Part shown: piece after piece, positions 1 to 13,610 of the stretch
Position numbering within the stretch: the stretch's first letter is position 1
Layout: each line of letters opens with the position of its first letter
Source of the DNA: Octopus sinensis
Lineage: Eukaryota
Assembly: GCF_006345805.1 (NCBI RefSeq)
Contig: NC_043002.1
Location: forward strand, 40,548,001-40,612,000
Length of the DNA: 64,000 nucleotides
Reading direction: 5' to 3'
The notes under the pieces: model-generated
Databases searched by the model: none
What the model was told of the DNA's origin: nothing
The model's input: the letters and a program-made list of their open reading frames with translations, nothing else
Made by a program: the position numbers and the translations under genes

Positions 1-290
1 TAATGTATGAAACAAATAAGAGGGGACAAAAAACAAATCCCTGGCATTGCATAAAGTGCAGAAGCGTGTCCCAGTACTGTGAGTAACTCTTTTCAACTAA
101 GTATGAAAGACTTCAACCAATTATAAAGATTAACCTTTATGTCTGTTTCAGAGAGCTTTGCCATAAGTTGTCTGTGTGACACAGAGTTAAAGGCTTTTGC
201 AGAGTCAAGGTGGATAACATCCACCCACAAGCCATCATCTACGGGTTGGTCATGGCAGCTGGAGTTAGGAATAAATTGTGAGGGTTGAAT
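1..290 (-). mobile_element. CR1-like LINE reverse-transcriptase fragment (degenerate)
   Basis: The minus ORF has VDVIHLDSAKAFNSVSHRQLMAKL..NLYNWLKSF, followed by a PLLFVSYI-like motif. This matches CR1/L2 RT motifs (VDVIYLDFxKAFD, GPLLFLIYIND). Confidence 0.85.
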
Positions 291-496
291 AAAGTTATGA
301 AAGTTACAAGGAAAAAAAAGACTTATTACAAAATAGCCATAATGTTGTAGCAAAATATTAAACTATAATAATTGAATTAAAAAATATGTGAAGATGGATT
401 CTTAAATTCGATAAGAAATGAATTTTTAAAAAGATATTTCATGTAAGTAAATTAGGAAGCGAAAAGCTGTACGAAGCGAAAAAAAAAGTCACTTAC

Positions 497-528
497 CAAT
501 AATGACGCCACTGTCACGTTTAGGACCA
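497..528 (-). CDS. CPNE8: Copine exon (32 nt), (H)GPKRDSGVII, end of C2A / start of linker
   Basis: Acceptor ttttcattgtaatttcattaatttcag, donor GTAAGT. Phase 2 start joins the 71-nt exon in frame. Aligns with copine GIPGKKCGTIIL. Family call is strong; the specific orthologue within CPNE5/8/9 is not established. Confidence 0.85.
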
Positions 529-652
529 CTGAAATTAATGAAATTACAATGAAAACTAAATATAGCATCAAACCAATATTAATGGGAAAAGCATAGAGAA
601 ACATATGTATGAATGGACATGTATGTGTGCATGCTTATACATACATACATAC

Positions 653-691
<39 letters not shown>

Positions 692-904
692 TCATACATA
701 CACACACACACATATATACATATATATATGTATGTATGAGAGAGAGAGAGAGATATGCATACACATACAGATACACACAGAGAAATATTTACATATGTAT
801 GTATGTATGTATGTATGTATATATATATATATATTAATGTTTGTTTTTTTGTTGAGTTATAATAAAATCAATTTAACACTGAATTTAAGAATCACTCAAT
901 AATT

Positions 905-1050
905 TTTTTGTTGAGTACATATTTACTATACTTTTATTAGAAGATGGGCGACAGTAATTTGAAGTTTCGACTTTTGTCAGACCATCTGAGGAGGCCTAGC
1001 TGGGCGAAACTTCAAGGTCACATTACTGTCATCCTTCTTGTAAAAGTATA
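905..1050 (+). repeat. Imperfect foldback element with hammerhead core motifs
   Basis: gacagtaat-ttgaagtttcg ... cgaaacttcaa-ggtcac-attactgtc arms. CTGAGGA at 986-992, GAAAC at 1006-1010, GTC at 1017-1019. Flank is shared with 24380 and 38750. Confidence 0.55.
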
Positions 1051-1599
1051 ATTTACACACACACACATAGACACATACACATTTCATTGGGAAAAGTAAA
1101 AGCGAAAGTACATACAAGAAAAAAAATGAATAAGAGAAAAAGACAAGTAAAACTGGAGGGAATTTTCTAGATTAAAAAAAAAAAGCATTAAATAAGTCAG
1201 TACATATTTTTCTGTAAAGCAAGACATTCAATGTTTTAAATACATATATATTTCATGTCCCAATACATGCAGTCCACCAATATCTGCAGCTATGTGTAAT
1301 GTAAGTGAAATGACAGGGCATGCTTTATTGACATCATATGGCAAAAAGACAAAATAATAAAATGAAAGAAAAAGTAAAGAAAAATGTTGAAGGAGAAGCG
1401 ACAGAAAGTTTCACTGGTACGGAAATATAAAAATTTGAAGGGAAATTCTTCATTTTCTACTGATAAATCTGATGGAAAATTAAATTGAATTACGTTAAAT
1501 TACATAAAATTTACTTTCTAGATCTTGGTCATTGATGGGAGATGGGGAGACAACATAGATGATGACTGTATGGGAGATTATGATGGTGGTGATAGTAGT

Positions 1600-1623
1600 G
1601 AGAGTAGTACTAGTAGCAGCAGC

Positions 1624-1662
<39 letters not shown>

Positions 1663-1740
1663 GATGATGATAATGATGATGATGATGATGATGAAAATAA
1701 TAATAATAATAATAATGATAATAATAATAATAATAATAAA
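1600..1740. repeat. (AAT)n/(GAT)n low-complexity tract
   Basis: Direct reading. Confidence 0.95.
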
Positions 1741-2290
1741 TGCCTGATGCAGTACCAGGCAGTGGCTCTCATGACTTCTGATCTTAACTGATTGGAAGTG
1801 TTATCATGTACATTGTTTTGGCTTGGTATAAAAGATGGGCTACAGCAAATATTCAGCTCAATACCACACATTTGCTTGTCAGTTGTTTGACCTTAACCAG
1901 TCCCTTAGTGGCTGACGATATGTGCATCTCTGATCATGAGCAGAAGTAGTTGGGGAACATCATAGCCATGTATTGAGAGGGATTCTTTGGGGTTTGGGTA
2001 ATTCACTTTTGGAAACATGGGTGTTTTGTTCAACATCCTTAAACAACCCTTAATCAGGGACCTTTTGAGTTGGATGGACTAGTTGACCTGAAGAAAATTC
2101 TAACTTGGGCCCCACCTGCAAGGTCATGTGCTGCTGTTTATCTTGATGTGAGATCACCGTATTGCACACATATTGTTCTGATGCACGTGCCTGGTGTACT
2201 CTTATCAGATGGGTAGTCATGATGGGTATACTTGGCTTTGTACATTTAATCCCAGTGTCACTTTGATGGTATGCACTGCTTGCTCACTCA
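1738..2290. mobile_element. ~550-bp interspersed repeat embedded in (AAT)n
   Basis: Higher-GC block bounded on both sides by (AAT)n, with no ORF. It resembles an octopus repeat from recall; not verifiable here. Confidence 0.45.
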
Positions 2291-2814
2291 ATAATAATAA
2301 TAATAATAATGAAATAATAACAATAAAATTCATTCTACTGTAGGTACAAAGTCTGAAATTTTGGTTGGATGAGGCTTGTCGATTATATCAACCCCAATAC
2401 TCAACTAGTATTCATTTCATCAACTTCAAAAGGATAAAAGACAAAGTTCAGGTCAGAGACATTTGAACTCAGATCTACAGGGACATACTCAGAGCAGGCC
2501 CATTCACAAAGATTATGCTCACATTCTCATACATTATTCAACACCATTTTCACAATAGACACAACTGAAAGCTGGATCTATCGCATAGATTATAGCAGGG
2601 TTTGAACTCAGAACATAAAGAACTGGAATAAATGCTACAAGATGTTTTGTCAGACTCTTTAACATTTTTACAAATATTTTCTTGATTTGCCACAAGAACA
2701 ACAAAGAAACAACATTATGTAAAAACACAAGTAGTTAGTAAAATTCAGGACTACTATATTCAGAAATTTTATAATCAATCTGTCTGTCTGTCTGTCTATT
2801 TATCTATCTATTTA

Positions 2815-3020
2815 TTTACTCTTTTACTTGTTTCAGTCATTTGACTGTGGCTATGCTGGAGCAGCACCTTTAATTGAATGAACCAACTCAAGGACTTATT
2901 CTTTGTAGGCCAAGAACTTATTCTATTGATTGCTTTTGCTGAACCACTAAGTTGTGGGAATGCAACTATATCAAAATTGGTTGTCAAACGATGGCAGGGA
3001 GACAAACACAGACACACACA
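2815..3020 (-). mobile_element. SINE family A/B, 3' (B) part
   Basis: tactcttttacttgtttcagtcatttgactg...gacaaacacagac recurs at 25590, 48420 and 59850. Confidence 0.8.
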
Positions 3021-3027
3021 TACATTA

Positions 3028-3080
<53 letters not shown>

Positions 3081-3138
3081 CGTTTGCCAGCCTCGTTTGG
3101 CACCTGTGTCGGTGGCACGTAAAAAGCATGGCCGAGGA

Positions 3139-3736
3139 TGAAAAATTGGATATTAAGTTAATTAACATCAATTTAACACCAGTGGTCTAGCATATTAAAA
3201 TCTGAAGGTTTAGTAAATTATATTATATACATATGAGAGGGATGATCACTATGTGGACAACTCTTATGCTAGAAGTAGATCCGCTATGGTCTTACCACTA
3301 AGAAATGTTCTCAAGAAAATTTAGCAAACACCAGAACGTAAGCGAGCAAGACAAATGAAAAGTAACAAAAATATAGATTAATCACAAACATGTTTCATTA
3401 TTAACAGATTACGTAATTTTACTTACGCAATTTGTCTGTAGACTTTCAGTATGATCGGCAATACAAATATAATTTTCAGAACTATACACGAGACGTCTGC
3501 ATGAGGTTGCACATGTATCTAGTTCTACCTATTACACTTGTGGTTATTTTTCAAAAGTCTTTGTTTTGGTGTGCTAAATTACCGGAAATAATACTGCAGA
3601 AAATAATTTACTGCAGTGGCTTTTGTTGTTTAGAGAACGTATTAATTTAAATTTAAAATGAGGGTGAAAAATTGGATATTAATTTAATTAAAATCAATTT
3701 AACACCAGTGGTCTAGCATATTAAAATCTGAAGGTT
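3139..3736. repeat. Element bounded by 72-bp direct repeats (3139-3210, 3665-3736), pLTR-like
   Basis: tgaaaaattggatattaa...ctagcatattaaaatctgaaggtt occurs twice, 526 bp apart. Confidence 0.7.
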
Positions 3737-3757
3737 CAATACAATTTACTGAACCTT

Positions 3758-3793
<36 letters not shown>

Positions 3794-3808
3794 AGAGAGA
3801 GAGATATG

Positions 3809-3965
3809 ATAGGCTTCTTTCAGTTTCTGTCTACCAAATTCACTCACAAAGCTTTGGTCGGCCTGAGGCTATAGTAGAAGACACTTACCTAAGGTGCCAT
3901 GCAGTGGGACTGAATCTGGGACCATATGGTTGGGAAGCAAACTTGTTATCACACAGCCATGCCTA
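3809..3965 (-). mobile_element. tRNA-derived SINE family A head
   Basis: Reverse complement of ggcatggctgtgtg...ggttcagtcccactg...gaaactgaaagaagcc. At least 8 copies in the window. Confidence 0.85.
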
Positions 3966-4030
3966 TGTATATATATATATATATATACACACAAATACAT
4001 ACATATATGTATATACATACACACACACAC

Positions 4031-4197
4031 ATCATCATCATCCTTTATCGTCCATTTTCTATGCTGGCATGGGTTGGACAGCTTGACTAGAGCTGGAAAG
4101 GAGGAATGCTGCACTATGTTCCAGTCTGATTTGGCTTGGTTTCTATGGCTGGATGCCCTTCCTGATACCACTCTCTTTACAGAGTGTACTGGGTGCA
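4031..4197 (-). mobile_element. RTE 3'-end fragment ((TGA)n tail family)
   Basis: catcatcatc..tccattttctatgctggcatgggttggac matches the 3' end of the RTE at 12600-13435. Confidence 0.8.
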
Positions 4198-4834
<637 letters not shown>

Positions 4835-5034
4835 GTATAATTATGTATTTCCAATACCTTAATGCCTATCCAAGAAATTGCTAAAATCTTGATGGTTAGT
4901 GCAATATAATTCTCTTATATGATATAACTGGTTCTCTGAAACTTTGAGCATTCTAGTTCAGCCTATGGAATTGAAACTTAGAACCTAGAGAGATTAAACT
5001 ATTTACTGTAAAAATGCATTTACTATGATAATAC

Positions 5035-5215
5035 TGTTGGCATTCCTTCTGTCTCTTCACATTCTGAGTTCAAATTCTGTCACGGTCAACCTTGCTTATC
5101 ATCCTTTTGAGGCTGATAAAATAAGTACCAGTTATGTACTGGAGTTGATGTAGTCGATTTCCCCACCCTTTCCTAAAATTGCTGGCTTGTGCCAAAATTA
5201 GAAAAAATTATGATA
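5035..5215 (+). mobile_element. tRNA-derived SINE with Deu/Nin-like domain
   Basis: ctgagttcaaattc (B box), then gtcaaccttgcttatcatccttttgaggctgataaaataagtaccag, resembling the Deu/Nin core gcctttcatcctttcgaggtcgataaaatgagtacc. Confidence 0.7.
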
Positions 5216-6339
5216 ATACTCTTGAAAGAACTATGAAAAATAAAAAAAATAAATGAAGAGGAAGAAAAAGAAAAATTAGAAATAAATTTAGAAAAAGAGA
5301 AAAGGATAAAAAAATTGAAGTGGAGGGAGATAAGAAGAAAAAAAGAGGAGAAAGAAGAAAGTAGAAGAAAAGGAAGACTAATTGGATCAAAATATTCTAG
5401 GAAGATTAGAAATAGATTTTGTCGTGACAAATAAAGCTATTTCATTTGGTAATGCTTTTATCACAGATTAAAATCCAGAAGGTTCCATTTAGATATAATC
5501 AAAGAATAAGATTACAAAGCTATTTCATATTTTCATAAAAACATTTCGTGAGAATTACAAAAGGAATTACATTCTATTGAAATTCAGTTTACATTTATTT
5601 TACATCATTTCACTTTAATTGTAGCTCTTGTACAGATACAGATATTGATAATCTATGTCTTTATATTGCTCTGAATAAAACTTTAATGTGATCATAACAT
5701 GTAAATACATCACATAAACATAACCTGTGAGGATAGCAGGTGAGAACCTTTGCTTAGATTGAGGCAGATTTAGGATTTAGATTTAGTTTTATATTCATAA
5801 ATGCTTCCTAACAAATATTCACATCAGTTGATATGTATTCACAAAGGGAGAAATTTAAGAGGAAAATAGGATATGTTTACCAAGAGTATACAATGTGCTG
5901 GTTAAGGATGGGAAGTAAAATATAGAAAACTAAACTGATAAAGGATTTAATCTTCTTGTAAAGGGATTTGGGGCTAAAATTCAAATTGGATTGTAGGAAT
6001 TTCAGTCACTGCTGAAATGACAGAAATATTGATGGCAATTTTGATTCTCAATATTCAGACAAGGATGGTGCCAGGATATTCAACATCCTTGGTCAGTCCT
6101 ACAATGAGCAGGCCCCTTCTTCCAGTCTGACAGAGGGCTCCTACTTCTCCCAGTTCTCTAATGTACAGTCCTTCTCCTAGCCCTACATGTGCTCCCTCTT
6201 CTCCCTGCTTTAGAATATTCTCCCTCTTTTTCCAGTCTTACAACGTGCATTTCCTTATCCTACTCCTACAATGTGTCTCTTTTCTCCCAGCCCTACATTG
6301 TACTTTTCACTTTCTTAGTCCTACATTGTGATACCACTA

Positions 6340-6660
6340 TCATCATCATCATCATCACAATCATCCTCATCATCATTTAACGTCCATTTTTCCATGCTGG
6401 AATGGGTAGGACAGTTTGACAAGAGCTAGCCAACTGAAGAGCTGCCCAGGTTCCATGTCTGTTTTGGCATGGTTTCTATGACTGGATGCCCTTCCTAATG
6501 CCAACCACTTTACAGAGTATACTGGGTACTTTTATGCAGCACTGGCATGCGCGAGTTTTCATGGCACCAGCATGGGTGCATTTTACATGGCACCAGCACA
6601 CAAGAGTCCACAAGATTAGGAACATTCAGCCGGGGAAGGATGCAGGGGACATGCCTGTAC
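6340..6660 (-). mobile_element. RTE 3'-end fragment
   Basis: (CAT)n-tttaacgtcc...ggatgcccttcctaatgccaaccac motif. Confidence 0.8.
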
Positions 6661-6930
6661 ACTATTAAGATAAATTAAGGAAATAAGATATGTGTGAAAC
6701 CCGATTCTTGAGAATGTGGACTCTCAAGAACATGATTTCCAACTACCATGACAGGAAGACTGTTTTAGTCATTCTTGTGACATTGTCAGCCTGTGAACAC
6801 TCTTTAGACGTTTCACCTGCTTCTGGTATACCGTAAAGCATTCATTTCTTCCAGAAAGTGTTCACTTCTACTAGAAAATGTTCATTTTCCCAGTAATGTT
6901 TACAAGAAATGAGCAATAATCATACAATTT

Positions 6931-7000
<70 letters not shown>

Positions 7001-7002
7001 TT

Positions 7003-7100
<98 letters not shown>

Positions 7101-7219
7101 ATTTGCAGCTTGGTTAAATACCACCATCTGGTTACCAAATCAAAATAAATTTATACCAGGGAGATCCACATCTCAGATCTTAGCTCTGAAGGAGTTAAAT
7201 CAAGACAGTCACATGCCAT

Positions 7220-7980
7220 TATAACTTTTGTGGACTTTGGCAGCATCCACCATGACAAAATGTTAAAGATCCTTCAAGCATATAGCATTCCAGAAGTATT
7301 AGTTCTTGCCGTTGCAAAGGCTTATGAGAAGACCAAAGCTTGTGTGTTGGCATCTGATAGAGAAATGGAGTTCTTTTAAATGCTAGCTGGGATGCTACAA
7401 GAAGACATGCTTGCACCTTACCTGGTTGCAATTGTATTGGATTAAGCAATGTGGCAGGCTATAGACAATAGACCTTGGTTTCAACATTGACTGGCAAAAC
7501 CATATAGTGTATTAACTGAAACATGTCTTACAGAAGATTATTTAGCATTCAGAAATTAAACAAGTTTACACTTAATTTCTAGGAGTGGGATCTGGACTGC
7601 AGCTTCTGATGGCTTTGCCTTTATCCATGTCTGGCTATGTTGAAGCCATTCAGATGGATATTGTTTTGGGGTAGTAGACTTAATCCCAATAGAAAACTAC
7701 AAAGGTTTATCAGTGTTGCAGCAATATGGTTCTTTTAGAAGAATGTTAAGTATGTTTTATATGATTTGAGTGACAAACATTGAGGTCTTTAAAGAAGCAA
7801 AGACCACCAGGTTTCCCATCAATGTAAGGAAACAACAGGTTCAATTAATAGGATACAGTATGAGAAGAAAAAAACCCTGAACACTTAGTGACAATTGGGG
7901 AGCTGAAAGGAAGAGAAGGACAATACTCTTTGGTCTTTAACAGCTGACTTCAGAAAAACTGACCAGATAAAGTTGTGTGT
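7220..7980 (+). mobile_element. Degenerate RTE-clade LINE ORF2 fragments
   Basis: TFVDF..SIHHDKMLKILQAYSIP...AGMLQEDMLAPYL (RT domains) at 7220-7480, plus a decayed C-terminal stretch at 7740-7980. Confidence 0.7.
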
Positions 7981-8011
7981 GAGACAGGAAGGCTTGGGGG
8001 TATGACACATG

Positions 8012-8086
<75 letters not shown>

Positions 8087-8944
8087 GGAGAGAGAAATTT
8101 AATTCATAGCTTGGTAAAATCCCACTATCTGGTCATTGGGTACCTTTAGAAGAGGTGGAATTTTTAGGAAGACTTTGACCAGATCTCTCCTCTAAGAATA
8201 AATAGCACTTTGATGCATTACTTTCTATAATAACAACTCAGACTGGTTAGAGGGAGTGGTTTTCTCCTGCCTGTAACCAAAATGGCCTTGCAAAACATTC
8301 ATTGTACTACACTTCCTTCTCTGAACTAAAGCATATAAACAAAATCATATGCTAGCAATAAATTTAATATTTAGGGGAAACAATTCCAATAAGGTATTTG
8401 TTAACACAATAACAAAATATTCCACAAAAGAATGTAAAATTTTGATTTAAGACATTAATAAAGATGAAATAGTTACATTCATTGATTGCCCGCGGAAATT
8501 AGATTCTGGGTGGGATGTTGAATGGGTAGGGCAAGAGAAGTGGGTAAGATATTTAATTTTCTTTTTTAAATGATTAATATATAACAAAAAGAATGAATAA
8601 TAAATAAAAAGTAAAATATTTAGAGTTGTTTTTTTTAATATTTATTTAGGACTTTGAAGTATTATTGTGTTGCAAAACATTTTCAGGTGAAAATCAATGT
8701 GTCTTTTATTGGTAAGAGTAATGTTTCCTTCATCAAAACACAACAGCAACACATAGAATGAAGCAAATACATATTATACAAATGGATATGTGAAAAATAT
8801 ACATTCAAAATGAGTCTGGAAATCTTAATAAATGGCTTCACAATGTCACAGGGTAGTGAATAACCAGAAACATTTATAGAATATATATATAAATAAAATG
8901 AAATAAATATTGAAGTGATGTGTAGGTGAGTGTGTATGTGTATG

Positions 8945-9009
<65 letters not shown>

Positions 9010-9174
9010 AGTGGTGGGAAAAATGTATTTGAAGTGAATGGAGAGTGAAAAAGTTCTGGGGAAATGCTAACAGACAGACTGACAAATAGGCTGTTAAAGA
9101 AAGAAACATAAAGGCTACATGCACAGACATACATACATATCTATATATGTGTGTATATACACATGTACATAATG

Positions 9175-9208
<34 letters not shown>

Positions 9209-9650
9209 TTATGGTTTTTCTTGGAATAACAAAACCACAGGCTGTGAAAATGACTCTGCAGGCCAGCAGAGTATTACATAGATAATATGAAACTTGCTCC
9301 ATACATGTTGCAATTATAAATTTGTTGTAATCAGCAGATTACACACACATACACACATGCACACACACACACATGCATGTACATTTAGTTCCATGCTAGC
9401 ATGGAAAACGGACGCTAAACGATGATGATGATGATGATGATGATGTACACTTGCTTTTTTTCATGCATGCAGAACTTAGTTCAGGAGTCATCTCAAGTAA
9501 GATATGCAGCTGAATGCTCTTGCTAACCTGTATATGTTTTCAGGTAAGAGATTTTAATATACCAGAGGATTTGTAAGTGCAGAGTGACCAATGATAATAT
9601 TACTAAGGGTTATCAATATCATCACCATTTCATTCATATAGTGATAAGCA

Positions 9651-9695
<45 letters not shown>

Positions 9696-10122
9696 AACAC
9701 ACACACACAGGCTATGAAAGCCACGGAGAGGATCATAGCACAATTGACCAAGAATAGAGTCAGACTTGATGAAATGCAGTTTGGTTTTAGGCCTGAAAGA
9801 GGTACCACAGATGCAAGTCATCCTGGTGAGGCAACAGCAAGAGAGATACCTTAGCTAAGAGTAAACCACTATACCTACCTTTTGTGTGAATATATATAAT
9901 CTTTCTTCCAGTTATCTCAACATGAGGAACCACTAAAACCGACACATTTTCTCTCTCTCCTCATTTTTACCTCTTATCCCTTTCTGTCAAAGAGCATTGA
10001 CACACAATGTCAAAGGCTTTCCCATTTTTACTGAGTATCAAACTAATACACCTGCTTGTTGTTCCCTCACTGTCTCTGTCTTTTGTCTTCTGTACATTTG
10101 AACCATATATATATGTATGTAT

Positions 10123-10244
<122 letters not shown>

Positions 10245-10269
10245 AGTGGTGGGAAAAATGTGTCTGAAA

Positions 10270-10319
<50 letters not shown>

Positions 10320-10800
10320 AACACACACACATATTATATATACATAGTATATACACACATATATAAGTACATGTATGTATACAAAGATACATATGTAGAA
10401 ATAGGCTCTTGGGACATATTTGTCGAAAGCACATTCATCACATTCATTGATTGAAAGTACATTGACCCAAAGGCAAAGTAGTGGAAAGAGATGTTTGTAG
10501 AAGACAAATTGACCGAAACACATATTGATTAAGAACACATTAGTTAAAGAAAAGGTGTAATATCAATTGAAATTTCAATACTTTTCAAAGAAATAGTTAT
10601 AGAAATATACAAAACATAGTGCAATTATTTATTGATATTTAAATGAAATGTCATATATTTTAATGTCTTAAACTTTGGAAATTGTTTCTATGTAAATTAG
10701 AATAAATAGATTATGTATAAACTACAAATTTGATGTCTGGCTTAGGAAGATGTTTGAGATAGCCATTAAATATGGACATTCATGTCACAAAATCGTAAAA

Positions 10801-11315
10801 GTCTTTCAGAAAAACATGCTGGATTAATTGATTTTGACTGTTTAAGTGTCAGTCAAGTACTGGTATCCATAAAATTATTCTGGTTTTGTACTTCTGTTGG
10901 AAACAATTATTACAAGGATGATGAGTGATGGTCAATGAACTCAGTCTGTGGGACCTAGCTTTTGTGATCAAATCCAGTCATTGTCAGCTTTGCTTGTCAT
11001 CTTTCATGGTTAATGAATTAAGTATCAATCAAAGCATTAGGTAGGTCATTCACATCAATAAATCATGCGTGTCTTTCAGAAAAACATGCTGAATTAATTG
11101 ATTTTGACTGCTTAAGTATCGATCAAGTACCAGTATCCATGGAACTGTTCTGGTCATGTGATTCTGTTGTAAATAATAATTCAAGATCAATGGGTAATGA
11201 ACTCATAGAGCATGGAACGAAATAGTTTGTGGCATTTGATTCTGAGATCAAATCCAACCATTGTCAACAATGCCTGTCATCTTTCATGGGTCAATGAATT
11301 AAGTATCACTCAAAT
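10801..11315. repeat. Old tandem duplication, ~270-bp unit
   Basis: gtctttcagaaaaacatgctg...gtcatctttcatgg..aatgaattaagtatca at 10801 and 11071, diverged. Confidence 0.85.
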
Positions 11316-11954
11316 TATTTGGCAGGTCTAACCCTTTAGCATTATAAACCAACCATATCTGGTCCAAAAATTCTGCATGTTTTATGTTCAAACTGGCCAT
11401 ATCTAGCCTCTTACACCTACCCTGTAATGTCATTCTAAAAATACAAGCTACAAGATAATGTATGATTAATTCAAAACAATGTGAATAAATAACCATTACT
11501 TTTGACAGTGGGCTATTTGATTACTCATTGCTATAATAGTTGTGTGCCACTGTTAGCAATTATTATGGCCATGACCAGTAAAGAAGTTAGAACATTCATG
11601 TTTATTCTTTTAAATTTTGCTTGAATTTCTGAGACAAGGAATTATCCTTATTATATACTGGCAACTTCACTGTCATGTTCTCATCTTATAATATGCTTTT
11701 GATCAATTTGTCTTTTGACCAATCTGTTTTTCTATGAATATATATTTTGGCTAATTTCACTTTCAACAACTATATTTTGGTCACTTTATCTTTTGAACAG
11801 TATGTTTTCAACCAGTGTGTTCTCCATGAATGTTCTTTTGATGAATGTGTTGTTTCCACCCTACTACACATGTATATACATATACATACATATATGTGCA
11901 TAACGATATACATATACATCTCTACATATACATATTTATACAAAAAACACATAC

Positions 11955-11999
<45 letters not shown>

Positions 12000-12144
12000 G
12001 AAAAAAGTTGAAGATGTTTGTTATATGACAACAATTACCATTCCTTCATTTGAAGAATCGTAGTTAATTAAAATCTGTCTGCTCACATCTTTATATGTGT
12101 GTGTGTGTGTGTGTATACATACATACATGCATACACACACACAA

Positions 12145-12195
<51 letters not shown>

Positions 12196-12596
12196 ATAAA
12201 ATAAAATAAAGAAATCAGGATTTAAAACTATTGCAGCATATTGGTAGAAGAGTTACTTTGACCCATTTTATTTGTCTATTTAGTTTCACATCAAAGAGTA
12301 CTTGTATATTGTTAGATAGTTTTGGAACACAGCTAATAACGTTTCATGTTAATTGATTGAAGTGATCTATTTTCCAATTTACAAACATCTTTTTTCAATA
12401 TACTATAGTTTCTCTATTGATTGTAGTAGCATTTCATTGAAAAGACCTCAATTTATTTACATAGGTTTTGGACAAAATCTAACCCCCAAAGAGAAAACCA
12501 CTTAAGACAGGAATTTAACAACCCTTTTGTAACCAGATCTCTGTTAACATACAACACCTAATTTTGTACGGCATTGCTTCTTTTAATCACTATATA

Positions 12597-13435
12597 TAGC
12601 TGTGTGAAAAAGTGCCACACCCTAGCGGTTGAGGGAACCTGTGGAAGAGGTAGGCCCAGGAAGACCTGGGATGAAGTGGTGAAGCATGACCTTCAAACAT
12701 TAGGCCTCACCAAGGAAATGACTAGCAACCGAGACTTTTGGAAATATGCTGTGCTTGAGAAGACCCGGCAAGCCAAATGAGACCATAACCTGCGGCCTAT
12801 GAAATGAGACCATAACATGTGGCCTATGCCAGGAGCGTAACCAGCCCGCTTATGCATACCTTTTCCTTCTTTGGTCACTAAACTCTGCTTGCGAAGACCT
12901 GTTGAGGCAAGTGAAATCAAAATCAAATTCGATGACTGGCATCCATGCTAGCGGGGTGCAAAGAGCACCATACGAGGGTGATCATTGACAGAGCGGCTAA
13001 CCGGCTTCCATGCCAGTGGCAAATAAAAGGGCACCATTCGAGTGTGATCATTACCAGTAGGGTGCCACGAGCACCATCCGAGTGTGATCATTGCCAGAGC
13101 AGCCAACTGGCTCTGTGCCGGTGGCACGTAAAAGGGCACCATTCAAGTGTGATCATTACCAACGTCGCCTTACTGGCACCTGTGCTGCTGGCATGTGTAA
13201 AAAGATTCGAGCGAGGTCATTGCCAGTACCGCCTGACTGGCCCCGTGCCGGAGGCACGTAAAAAACACCCACTACACTCTTGGAGCGGTTGGCATTAGGA
13301 AGGGCATCCAGCTGTAGAAACTCTGCCAGATCAAGATTGGAGCCTGGTGTGGCCTTCTGGTTTGCCCACCCTCAGTCAAAATCGTCCAACCCATGCTAGC
13401 ATGAAAGGCGGACGTTAAACGATGATGATGATGAT
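12597..13435 (+). mobile_element. 5'-truncated RTE LINE: ORF2 C-terminus plus full 3' UTR with internal repeats and (TGA)n tail
   Basis: VEGTCGRGRPRKTWDEVVKHDL... (RTE GxRxRGRP motif), ending gcggacgttaaacgatgatgatg. Confidence 0.9.
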
Positions 13436-13610
13436 ATAGCTGGCTAAAGCTACAACATTGTGCTTCTCTTGGATTCTTAAAGAGTATCTGATTATTCAGC
13501 TTGATCTTAAAGGGACCCTCTGTTGTGTCAACCTGTTTTGCCCCATTATTATTGAGCAACACCATCTCTGCTACGTAAACTATGGCTTCTTTCTCATATT
13601 GAAGAATTTA
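13436..13610 (-). mobile_element. Penelope-like GIY-YIG endonuclease fragment (degenerate)
   Basis: AIVYVAE...KQVDTTEGPFKIKLNNQILFKNP resembles the PLE motif VYxA...YIGxTEGxFKxRxNNH..F.N. Confidence 0.65.

Noticed and set aside
9523-9549. CTAAC...ttttcAG|GTAAGA, resembling a recursive splice site or a 71-nt exon end
   Set aside because: It is on the + strand, antisense to the host gene, and the putative exon has stops in all three frames.
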